Positions 16,335-24,000 of a DNA stretch of 24,000 nt are shown piece by piece. This DNA is from Euzebya pacifica (GTDB taxonomy: Bacteria; Actinomycetota; Nitriliruptoria; Euzebyales; Euzebyaceae), in contig NZ_CP031165.1 in assembly GCF_003344865.1 (NCBI RefSeq), forward strand, positions 1,469,910 to 1,493,909, written 5' to 3'. Position numbers and translations under genes: made by a program. The notes beneath the pieces were generated by a model. The model did no database searches, had not been told where the DNA came from, and saw nothing but the letters and a program-made list of their open reading frames with translations. The first letter of the stretch is position 1; each line of letters starts with the position of its first letter.

Positions 16335-17533
16335 GACAGCACCTCCGCGCCGATGGCCTCGGTCAGCCGGGGTGGGACGGCGTTGCCGATCGCCAGGGCC
16401 AGCTGGCCGCGCTTGCGGATGGAGGAGAAGTCGACGTGGTCGGGGATGTGCTGCAGCCGAGCAGCCTCGTGGGCGGTGATGGTCCGTGGCCTCGTCGGAT
16501 GCACGTACCGACCCATGCACATGGAGTAGAAGCCGCGGGTGATCGTCTGGGCCGGCTGGTCGGGCCGCATCCGGCCGTAGATCGACACATACGAGTGGTC
16601 GCCCCGGTGGCAGGCCGGCCGCAGCTCGTTGGGCAGGTCGTAGACGTCGTGGTCGAACAGGTAGGCGATCCGCTCTCGCGTCGTGGCGGCCGAGCGGGCG
16701 CGCTGGTCCACGAGGCGGTCGGTCTCGACGTCCGCCAGGTCGTCGATCGCCCACGCCACGCCACGACTCGGTCGCCGGTGGCGCTGCACCACCTCCGCCA
16801 ACGACACCGACGCCCGCCGGGTGGCCAGCAGCACCAGCCGACGACGACGCTGGGCGACCCCCAGGTCCGACAGGTCCACGACCTCCACCGACACGCCGTA
16901 CCCCAGCCCGCGGAGGTGCTCGACGGTGCGGTCGACCACCCCGGAGCGGTCGGCACGGGCGCCGGGCACGTTCTCCACCACCACCGTGTCGGGGGCCAGC
17001 ACCTCCGCCGCCCGGGCCATGCGCAGGTACAGCTCGTTGCGGTCGTCGCGGTGGCGGGTGGCGTTGTTCAGCGCCGAGTGGCCCTGGCAGGGCGGCCCGC
17101 CGACCAGCACGTCGACGTCCCCGACTCGTCGCCGCAGGGCCCGCTCCGCAGTAGTCGCCCGAGCACCCAGGGCCCCGTCGACCAGGGACGTCACGTCCTC
17201 GGTGGTGACATCGGCGGAGGGGAACACGCTGGAGAACACGCCCAGCGCGGCCGGGTCGCGGTCGACGGCCAGCGCGACGTCGACCGGACGACCGACGGCC
17301 GCAGCCGCCTGCGACAGCCCCAGCGACAACCCGCCGATCCCCGCGAACAGGTCGACCACGCGGACGGGCGCCCCGTCGGGCCGCGTCGGCGGCCGGATCG
17401 ACCGCAGCGCCGCCTGATCAGCATCAGCCGGGGCCGGGGCGTCGGCGGGCGACAGGACGTCGGTGGACAGGGCGGTGGACACTGCCGCCAACTGTGACAT
17501 GCCCGTCGCGGGGCCCCGGGGAGGCGCCGACAC
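16331..17533 (-). CDS. DNA (cytosine-5)-methyltransferase, first of a tandem pair
   Basis: Motif I DLFAGIGG, motif IV GGPPCQGHS, motif VI ENVPG, motif VIII QRRRR, motifs IX/X RLQHIPD...IGNAVPP. The GTG start at 17533 is preceded by AAGGGG. Confidence 0.9.
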   Translation of the reverse strand: MSAPPRGPATGMSQLAAVSTALSTDVLSPADAPAPADADQAALRSIRPPTRPDGAPVRVVDLFAGIGGLSLGLSQAAAAVGRPVDVALAVDRDPAALGVFSSVFPSADVTTEDVTSLVDGALGARATTAERALRRRVGDVDVLVGGPPCQGHSALNNATRHRDDRNELYLRMARAAEVLAPDTVVVENVPGARADRSGVVDRTVEHLRGLGYGVSVEVVDLSDLGVAQRRRRLVLLATRRASVSLAEVVQRHRRPSRGVAWAIDDLADVETDRLVDQRARSAATTRERIAYLFDHDVYDLPNELRPACHRGDHSYVSIYGRMRPDQPAQTITRGFYSMCMGRYVHPTRPRTITAHEAARLQHIPDHVDFSSIRKRGQLALAIGNAVPPRLTEAIGAEVLS

Positions 17534-17578
17534 CGATCACCCCTTGCCCTGCAGCCACGCAGCCGGTCAACTGCCTCC

Positions 17579-18136
17579 ATGACCGCTGAGCTGACCATCC
17601 TGTTCGAGGGCTACGTGGGACCGCGCGTCGCCGGCACCGTGTCGCTTGTCCGCGACGGCGATCGCGTGATCGTCCACGACCCCGGGATGGTGCCCGGCCC
17701 CTCCTCGATCCTGGATCCGCTGCAGGCAGCCGACATCCACCCCGAAGAGGTGACGGACCTGGTGATCTCCCACCACCATCCCGACCACACCCGCTGGATG
17801 GGGCTGTTCCCGATCGCGGTGCTGCACGACTACTGGGCGTCCTACGACGGGGACGTGTGGGACTCCCGTCCGGCCGAGGGGGTGCAGCTGACCCCGTCGG
17901 TCACGCTGCTGGAGACGCCCGGCCACACCCGCGAGGACATCACCACCCTGGTGGAGACCGACGCGGGCACCGTCGCGCTCACCCACCTGTGGTGGACCGC
18001 GTCCTCGGAGTCCGATCCCCGTGGCACCGACCTCGACGCCCTGCACCAGCACCGGGCCCGCGTGCTCGAGCGGGCGGTCCGCATCGTCCCCGGGCACGGC
18101 CCCGCCTTCGACGTCAGCGACGAAACTCCTCGTTGA
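17579..18136 (+). CDS. Small MBL-fold metallo-hydrolase
   Basis: ISHHHPDH (HxHxDH), a later TPGHT and PGHG, and an N-terminal VHDPG beta-strand pattern. No obvious RBS upstream. Confidence 0.8.
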   Translation: MTAELTILFEGYVGPRVAGTVSLVRDGDRVIVHDPGMVPGPSSILDPLQAADIHPEEVTDLVISHHHPDHTRWMGLFPIAVLHDYWASYDGDVWDSRPAEGVQLTPSVTLLETPGHTREDITTLVETDAGTVALTHLWWTASSESDPRGTDLDALHQHRARVLERAVRIVPGHGPAFDVSDETPR

Positions 18137-18141
18137 TCCCG

Positions 18142-18169
18142 CACGGTCGATCCGGTCCGGACGACCGTG
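18142..18169 (+). terminator. Hairpin downstream of the MBL gene
   Basis: cacggtcg (18142-18149) pairs with cgaccgtg (18162-18169), with a 12-nt loop. It begins 6 nt after the stop. There is no U tract. Confidence 0.35.
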
Positions 18170-18213
18170 TCCGGCTCGCCCGTCGGTCCTGACGTCGACT
18201 ACCGTCAACCACC

Positions 18214-21144
18214 ATGGCTGCCCTGATGCCGACCCGACTGGTCAAGTCCGCCTTGCGGCTGGGCATGGCGACCCAGAACGCCCTGGAGGTGGCCCGCTTC
18301 GGTGGCCTGGACACGGGGGAGGACTCGAGCCCGTACGACGTCGTGGGCCGCACTCCCGTCTACCGGCTGCGACGCTACTTCCCCGAGACCGGTGGGCAGG
18401 GTCGGCCACCCCTCCTCCTCGTCCCACCGCTGATGCTGTCCACCGAGGTCTACGACGTCGCCCCACACGTGTCGGGTGTCCGGGCGCTCCACGAGATGGG
18501 CGTCGACCCGTGGGTCGTGGACTTCGGGGCACCGGAACACGAGGAGGGCGGCCTCCAGCGCACACTGGCCGACCACGTCCTTGCGGTTTCCGACGCCATC
18601 GACCGGGTCCGCCGCGCCACCGGCCGCGACATCCACCTCGGGGGCTACTCCCAGGGCGGCATGTTCTGCTACCAGACGACCGCCTACCGGCGGGGCGAGG
18701 GCATCGCCAGCCTGATCACCTTCGGGTCCCCCGTCGACGTGCACCTGCTGTCCCCAGCGGGCCTGCCCGTCGCCCAGCTCGCCGAGGCCGCCACGGCGAT
18801 CGCCAACACCGTGCTGTCGCGCACATCGGTCCCGGCCGGGTTGTCGCGCCGTGCGTTCCAGCTGCTGGACCCGCTGAAGACCGTCCGTGCCCGCGTCGAC
18901 TTCCTGATGCAGCTGCACAACCGCGAGGCCCTGCTCGAGCGCGAGGGCAGCCGCCGGTTCCTCGAGCAGGACGGCTGGGTCGCCTGGCCCGGACCAGCGG
19001 TCGCGGAGTTCGCCACCCAGTTCCTGGCCCACAACCGCCTGCTCTCGGGCGGGTTCGTCATCGGCGATCGGATGGTCACGCTGGCCGACATCGCGGTGCC
19101 GATGCTGGCCGTCGTCGGCAGCGTCGACGAGATCGCCAACGCACCGGCAGTGCGGGCCGTCCGGCGGGCCGCGCCCATGGCCGACGTGTGGGAGCTGACG
19201 CTCCACGCAGGCCACATGGGGCTCGTCGTCGGCAACGGCGCTCGGCAGCACAGCTGGCCCGTGGTGGCCGACTGGGTCCACTGGCAGGAGGGCACGGCCG
19301 ACCGTCCCGTGCAGATCACCGAGCTCACCGAGGACCACGACGACGACAGCACCGCCTCGGCCGTCGAGGTCGTCACCGACGTCGCGATCAGCGCCGCCCA
19401 TGTCGCCGCCGAGTCCGCGATCAGCGCCACGAAGGCCCTGCGCGGCGTCTTCGGGGAAGCCATCGACCAGCTGCCACGGCTGGCCCGGCTGGACCGGGTG
19501 GAGGCCGACACGCGGGTGTCGTTCGCGCTGCTGCTGGAGGAACGGGCACGCCGCCACCCCGACGACACCTTCTTCCTGTTCGACGGACGCGGGTACTCCT
19601 ACGCCGAGGCGCTGCGCCGGGTCGACGCGATCACCCGCGGGTTGCTCGGCCTCGGTGTGCGGCAAGGCGAACACGTCGGCGTGCTGATGGGCACCCGCCC
19701 GACGGCCGTCGCGCTGGTCACGGCCCTCAGCCGTGTCGGTGCCGTCGCCGTCATGCTGCGCCCCGACGGTGACATCCCGCTGGAGATCGGCCTCGGACAG
19801 GTCAGCCGGATCATCGCCGACCCCGACCACGCGACGGATGCCATGGCGGTGTGGCCCGGACAGGTGCTCGTCCTGGGCACCGGCGGGGACCGCGACCGGA
19901 CGCTGCCCGACGGCGTGGTCGACATGGAGCTCATCGACCCCAACCGCGTTGCCCTGCCGGGCTGGTACGCACCCAACCAGGGGCGGGCCCGCGACCTCGC
20001 GCTCGTCCTGTTCACCTCCCGCGGCGAGCGGACCCGCGCCAACCGAATCACCAACGGCCGCTGGGCGCTGTCGGCCTTCGGTACCGCCAGCGCGGCGTCG
20101 TTGGGCAGCGCCGACACGGTCTACGCCGTCTCGCCGCTGTACCACCCGGCGACCCTGCTGACCGCCATCGGCGGCGCGGTCGTGTCGGGCGCACGGCTCG
20201 CGGTCGCACCGGACTTCACCCCGACCCGGTTCTGGGACGAGGTGCGACGCTACGGCATCACCGCCGTCTCCTACACGTGGACGATGCTCGGTGACCTGCT
20301 CGACGCACCGCCGAGCCCGGCCGAACGCCACCATCCGATCCGGCTGTTCTTCGGGTCGGGCATGCCCAGCGGCTTGTGGGAACGGGTGCTCGACCGCTTC
20401 CGGCCCGCCCGCGTGCTGGAGTTCTACGCCCACACCGAGGGCGAGACGGTCCTGGCCAACCTGACGCGCGACAAGGTCGGCGCCATGGGCCGGCGGCTGC
20501 CCGGCACCGCCGAGGTGGCCGTGGCGGCATGGGACCCCGAGACGGGGCAGCTGCAGTCGGCCCCCGACGGGTTCGTCCGCCGCGCCGACCCCGACGAACC
20601 CGGGGTCCTGCTGGCCCGCGTCGGTCGCGGCCGGACCGACGTCCGGGGTCGCCTGCTGCGAGGCGTCTTCACCCGTGGCGACGCCTGGCTGTGGACCGGC
20701 GACGTGTTCAGCGAGGATGTCGACGGCGACCTGTGGCTGCTCGGCAACAGCGCGTCGTTGATCCGGACCGCCGACGGTGTGGTGTATCCCCGACCGGTCC
20801 AGGCGGCGCTGGAGTCCGACGACGCCGTTGACCTGTGTGCGGTCTACGGCGTCCGGCCGGAGGGCAGCGACACGGCGGTCACGGTCGCAGCGGTCACCGT
20901 TCGCCCCGGTCGAGAGCTGACCGCCGACCGCATCCGCCGGGCCCTGTCTCCCGTGGACGGGACGTCGTGGCCCACCGCGATCCGCGTGCTGGAGCGGATG
21001 CCACGGTCGGCCCACTACCGGGTGCACACCGGACCGCTGCGTGCCGAGGGACTGCCCGAGGACCTGGTCGGCTGGGTCTGGGACGACGAGACCGGCACCT
21101 ACGTCCCGGCCACGCCGGCCGCGGTCGGCACGCTCGCCGGCTGA
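18214..21144 (+). CDS. Fusion protein: N-terminal PHA-synthase-like alpha/beta hydrolase + C-terminal FATP/acyl-CoA-synthetase-like domain (Rv1683-like architecture)
   Basis: The N-terminal half carries the GYSQGG nucleophile elbow (GxSxG). The C-terminal half carries PLYH, EFYAHTEGE and WTGDVF, which are typical of FATP-type adenylate-forming enzymes. The P-loop is degenerate (FTSRGERTRA). Confidence 0.85.
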   Translation: MAALMPTRLVKSALRLGMATQNALEVARFGGLDTGEDSSPYDVVGRTPVYRLRRYFPETGGQGRPPLLLVPPLMLSTEVYDVAPHVSGVRALHEMGVDPWVVDFGAPEHEEGGLQRTLADHVLAVSDAIDRVRRATGRDIHLGGYSQGGMFCYQTTAYRRGEGIASLITFGSPVDVHLLSPAGLPVAQLAEAATAIANTVLSRTSVPAGLSRRAFQLLDPLKTVRARVDFLMQLHNREALLEREGSRRFLEQDGWVAWPGPAVAEFATQFLAHNRLLSGGFVIGDRMVTLADIAVPMLAVVGSVDEIANAPAVRAVRRAAPMADVWELTLHAGHMGLVVGNGARQHSWPVVADWVHWQEGTADRPVQITELTEDHDDDSTASAVEVVTDVAISAAHVAAESAISATKALRGVFGEAIDQLPRLARLDRVEADTRVSFALLLEERARRHPDDTFFLFDGRGYSYAEALRRVDAITRGLLGLGVRQGEHVGVLMGTRPTAVALVTALSRVGAVAVMLRPDGDIPLEIGLGQVSRIIADPDHATDAMAVWPGQVLVLGTGGDRDRTLPDGVVDMELIDPNRVALPGWYAPNQGRARDLALVLFTSRGERTRANRITNGRWALSAFGTASAASLGSADTVYAVSPLYHPATLLTAIGGAVVSGARLAVAPDFTPTRFWDEVRRYGITAVSYTWTMLGDLLDAPPSPAERHHPIRLFFGSGMPSGLWERVLDRFRPARVLEFYAHTEGETVLANLTRDKVGAMGRRLPGTAEVAVAAWDPETGQLQSAPDGFVRRADPDEPGVLLARVGRGRTDVRGRLLRGVFTRGDAWLWTGDVFSEDVDGDLWLLGNSASLIRTADGVVYPRPVQAALESDDAVDLCAVYGVRPEGSDTAVTVAAVTVRPGRELTADRIRRALSPVDGTSWPTAIRVLERMPRSAHYRVHTGPLRAEGLPEDLVGWVWDDETGTYVPATPAAVGTLAG

Positions 21145-21181
21145 GCCGACAGGAGGCCCAGCCGGGCCGCCCGGGGGCGTG

Positions 21182-22015
21182 CTAGGCCGACGCCCGGCGG
21201 TACCCGCGGATGGCCAGCGGGATGAAGACCGCCAGCAGCGCGGCGATCCACAGCAACGAACCGATGACTGACCGGGTCGTGTCGGCGATACCGATCTGCG
21301 CGGCGATCGCCGGATCCATGGGCGGCAGGGCGAGGCCACGGACGGCGTTGACCAGCATCGTGACGGGCTGGTTGTTGGCGAAGGCCTGGAGCCAGCCCGG
21401 CATCGACGCGGTGGGCACGAAGGCGCTGGAGGCGAACACCAGCGGGAAGACCCAGATGAACCCGGCGGTCTGGGCGGTCTCCGCGGTCGTCGCCCGCAGG
21501 CCGATGTTGGCGCTGATCCACGAGAACGCGTGGCCGAACAGCACCACCAACGCGATGGCCAGCAGGGCGTTGAGCAGGCCGTTCTGGAAGCGGAAGCCGA
21601 TGATGTAGCCGACGGCCACCATCAACGTGACGGTGAACAACCCACGCGTGGAGTCCGCGATCGTGCGGCCCGCGAGCACCGCCGAGCGGGCCATCGGCAG
21701 GGACCTGAACCGGTCGACCATTCCTTGGCTGAGGTCCTCGTGCAGGACGATCCCGGTGTTGGTGGACCCGAACAGCGCCGTCTGGGCGAAGATGCCGGGC
21801 AGGAGGAAGTTGATGTAGTTGTCGACGCCGGGGATCTCGAGCGCCCCACCGAAGACGAAGTTGAACAGCAGCACGAACATGATCGGCTGGATGGTGGAGA
21901 ACACGACCAGCTGCGGTGAGCGAACCAGCTTGAGCAGGTTGCGCTGGGTCATGAGCCCGATGTCGGTGAAGGTGTTGCCGACGGGGGCCGTCGATGTCTG
22001 GACGAGGGCGGTCAC
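21182..22015 (-). CDS. ABC-2 type transporter permease (DrrB-like)
   Basis: Six hydrophobic segments. The N-terminal LMTQRNLLKLVRSPQLVVFSTIQPIMFVLLF is typical of ABC-2 permeases. GTG start at 22015. Confidence 0.85.
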   Translation of the reverse strand: MTALVQTSTAPVGNTFTDIGLMTQRNLLKLVRSPQLVVFSTIQPIMFVLLFNFVFGGALEIPGVDNYINFLLPGIFAQTALFGSTNTGIVLHEDLSQGMVDRFRSLPMARSAVLAGRTIADSTRGLFTVTLMVAVGYIIGFRFQNGLLNALLAIALVVLFGHAFSWISANIGLRATTAETAQTAGFIWVFPLVFASSAFVPTASMPGWLQAFANNQPVTMLVNAVRGLALPPMDPAIAAQIGIADTTRSVIGSLLWIAALLAVFIPLAIRGYRRASA

Positions 22016-23057
22016 TTGCTGGCCTCCTGCGTTGCGGTCGCCGACATGGCCGTCGGGGGGTGGTGGGAGCGCCGGCGGGCTGGTCGTCGGCGGTGAGGGT
22101 CAGGAAGACCTCGTCGAGGGTGGGGCGGCGCAGCTGGATGTCGAGCAGCTCCACCGATGCGGCGTCCAACGCACGGACCGCGGCGATCAGCTTGGTGGCG
22201 CCGTCGGCGACGGGCACGACGACCTCGCCGGCGTCGACGTCGGTCCGGGGGGTCTCCACGGCGATTCCGGCCAGGGCGGCGGCCGCATCCTCGGTCCGGG
22301 CCGGGTCGGCGACGCGAAGCTCGATGACGTCACCGCCGAGGGTCGCCTTCAGCTCGTCGGCGGTGCCCTCGGCGATCAGCGACCCGTGGTCGATCACGGC
22401 GATGCGGTCGGCCAGCTGGTCGGCCTCCTCCAGGTACTGGGTGGTCAGCAGCAGGGAGGTTCCGTCGCCCACGAGCTCGGTGATCAGCTGCCACAGCTCG
22501 ATGCGCGACCGCGGGTCCAGGCCGGTGGTCGGCTCGTCCAGGAACAGCACACGCGGACGGCCGACGAGGCTGGCCGCCAGGTCGAGGCGTCGCCGCATGC
22601 CACCGGAGTAGGTCTTGACGGGGCGGGTCGATGCCTCGGTCAGGCTGATGCGCTCCAGCACCTCGTCGGCGCGTCGGGCAGCTTCTGCCTTGCCCAGGCG
22701 GTAGAGCCGGCCGACCATGACGAGGTTCTCCCGACCGGTCAGGTCGCCGTCGACCGCGGCGTACTGCCCGGCCAGGCCGATCTGGCTGCGCAGGGCTTGC
22801 GCCTGCTCCACCACGTCGAGCCCCGCGACCGTCGCGCGGCCGCTGGTGGGCTGCAGCAGGGTCGTGAGGACGCGGACGAGGGTGGTCTTCCCGGCGCCGT
22901 TGGGGCCGAGCAGCCCGAGGACGGTGCCCTCGGCAACCTCGAGGTCGACACCCCGCAGGGCGTGGACGTCGCCGAAGGACTTGGTGATTCCCTCGACGCG
23001 GATGATGGGTTCTGGCACGACGACGCTCCCGGTCGGCAACGGACAACTTCGAGCCAT
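22012..23057 (-). CDS. ABC transporter ATP-binding protein (DrrA-like), reading frame disrupted near its 3' end
   Basis: Walker A GPNGAGKTT, signature YSGGMRRR, Walker B LFLDEPTTGLD, C-terminal PTLDEVFLTLT. The in-frame ORF has no stop until 21099. The -1 frame ends at a TGA (22012-22014) that overlaps the permease GTG. The start could be 23057 or the GTG at 23018. Confidence 0.8.
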
Positions 23058-23077
23058 GCTGCCACTGTCCTTGAGGT

Positions 23078-23106
23078 TTGCAACCATTGATGTTGGCCAC
23101 TATTAT
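23078..23106 (+). promoter_or_regulatory. Near-consensus sigma-70-type promoter for the MarR gene; the AT box is shared with a divergent GATAAT
   Basis: TTGCAA (23078-23083), 17-nt spacer, TATTAT (23101-23106), 10 nt upstream of the ATG at 23117. This is the most AT-rich stretch in the window. On the - strand GATAAT (23107-23102) faces the ABC operon. Confidence 0.45.
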
Positions 23107-23116
23107 CGGTCCCCAG

Positions 23117-23626
23117 ATGGACACCTCCTCCGCATGGTGCAAGGCGCCCGACGACGAGCCGCTCGGCAAGCAGGTCTCGCGGATGCTCTTCGAGCTGACC
23201 GGGCGCATGCGTGCGCACCTGGCGGCGGTTGCCGATGCGGTCGAGCTGACCCCGATGCAGGCCAGGGCGCTGCACCACCTGGCCGAGCCCTGCCCGATGG
23301 GTGAGGTGGCCACCCGGCTGCACTGTGATCGGTCCAACGTGACCGGCATCGTGGACCGGCTGGAGGAGCGAGGGCTGGTCGAACGGCGTCAGGACCCCAC
23401 CGACCGGCGACGTCGGATGCTGGCCACCACCCCCGCGGGCGACCGGGTCCGGCAGCAGATGGCCGAGCTCATGGTGGCCGGCCACCCGATCCTCGCAGGG
23501 CTGTCGGTCGAGCAGCAGGCCGAGCTCCGCGACCTGCTCGCCACGGTCCTCGGCGCCAGCGAGCGCTCCCCGTCGCCGGAGATCACCGCGGCCGACATGG
23601 CCACGGCAGATCGGCTGAACCCCTAG
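23117..23626 (+). CDS. MarR family transcriptional regulator
   Basis: LTPMQARALHHLAE...MGEVATRLHCDRSNVTGIVDRLEERGLVERRQDPTDRRRRML is the MarR wHTH with the DxR wing. The gene is divergent from the ABC exporter. Confidence 0.85.
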   Translation: MDTSSAWCKAPDDEPLGKQVSRMLFELTGRMRAHLAAVADAVELTPMQARALHHLAEPCPMGEVATRLHCDRSNVTGIVDRLEERGLVERRQDPTDRRRRMLATTPAGDRVRQQMAELMVAGHPILAGLSVEQQAELRDLLATVLGASERSPSPEITAADMATADRLNP

Positions 23627-24000
23627 GTCGCGGCGGTGGTCAGGTCGCTGGGGTCGTCCAGCGGGATCTGTCGCTGACGCAGTCCCATGTCCGCCGACCA
23701 GGACGTGACGAAGACCGGCTGCGGCGTTCGTGCAGGGTCACGGGCGATGGGGGCGGACCGCTTGGCTGTGTACATCGCGGCGTCGGCGCGGGCCAGGAGG
23801 GCGTCTGCGGACTCCTGGTCGGTGCGGCTGGCCAGACCGATGCTGGCGCCGACCCACAGCGTCTCGCCGTCGATCACCAGCGGCCTGGACAGCGCGTGCT
23901 CCAGTCGCTCGATGACCTCGGCGACCGTCGTCTGCGACACCGCTCCCGGCAGCACGACGAGGAACTCGTCGCCGCCGAGGCGGCCCACGACGTCGTCGGT
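23623..24000 (-). CDS. Diguanylate cyclase, C-terminal part of the GGDEF domain (5' end outside the window)
   Basis: TDDVVGRLGGDEFLVVLPG...SIGLA...ADAAMYTAKR. The frame is open to the window edge. Confidence 0.85.
   Translation of the reverse strand, partial: TDDVVGRLGGDEFLVVLPGAVSQTTVAEVIERLEHALSRPLVIDGETLWVGASIGLASRTDQESADALLARADAAMYTAKRSAPIARDPARTPQPVFVTSWSADMGLRQRQIPLDDPSDLTTAAT

Noticed and set aside
17579-18136. The MBL-fold protein, divergent from the methyltransferases, as the missing restriction endonuclease.
   Set aside because: It is a 185 aa minimal MBL hydrolase with only the HxHxDH metal site. It has no beta-CASP or nuclease-specific features, and divergent orientation alone is not evidence of linkage.
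18466-18480. acgtgtcgggtgt inside the hydrolase-fusion CDS matches 12 of 13 nt of the repeat arm. cgacac-gcgg-gtgtcg at about 19506-19521 forms a small palindrome.
   Set aside because: Both lie inside a well-supported coding frame and lack the conserved core and partner arm. They are most likely chance GC-rich k-mer matches.
1901-21339. Many very long ORFs lie antisense or out of frame to the called genes. Examples are 1901-3316(-), 2623-4341(-), 4250-5839(-), 5791-7557(-), 7683-9827(+), 9868-12000(-), 12293-14437(-), 13096-15168(+), 18021-19772(+) and 18205-21339(-).
   Set aside because: Their translations are low-complexity Arg/Pro/Gly/Ala-rich strings with no recognisable motifs. Each overlaps a gene with clear family motifs. 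Such shadow ORFs are expected in very GC-rich DNA, where stop codons are rare.
23081-23095. CAAC-N7-GTTG within the MarR/ABC intergenic region as the MarR operator.
   Set aside because: Only 4 bp per arm match, which is too weak to call without binding data.

Overview
Very GC-rich (judged by eye, not computed), densely coded chromosomal segment of actinobacterial type. I support about 22 protein genes from motif-level reading of the ORF track. I found no rRNA, tRNA, CRISPR array, transposase or integrase.

Gene order, left to right:
- small secreted PPC-like protein (-)
- tightly coupled operon ku-fxsA-rsgA-like GTPase-Cas4-like FeS nuclease (+)
- sensor-less degenerate HisKA_3-like kinase (-)
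- HAD-IB hydrolase, then a Fic-family protein whose catalytic His is replaced by Gln (+)
- uvrD2-type helicase followed by an NrtR-like Nudix regulator (-)
- membrane GAF?-EAL c-di-GMP phosphodiesterase and a small membrane protein (+)
- YyaL/DUF255 thioredoxin-domain protein (-)
- two complete C5 cytosine methyltransferases plus vsr in one operon, with no restriction endonuclease (-)
- small MBL-fold hydrolase, then a roughly 976 aa alpha/beta-hydrolase + acyl-CoA-synthetase-like fusion (+)
- DrrAB-like ABC exporter whose ATPase gene lacks an in-frame stop (-)
- divergent MarR regulator (+)
- 3' part of a GGDEF cyclase (-)

Most of the window looks like core housekeeping and repair content. 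The items most worth a second look are:
- the Ku-FxsA-GTPase-nuclease operon with no LigD nearby
- the orphan double-Dcm/Vsr cassette
- a 45-nt palindromic intergenic repeat family, with 3 clear copies and 1 degenerate copy
- the frame-disrupted ABC ATPase
- several apparently catalytically degenerate enzyme domains (Fic, histidine kinase, Nudix, acyl-AMP P-loop)

No database search was possible. All family calls rest on motifs read by eye.
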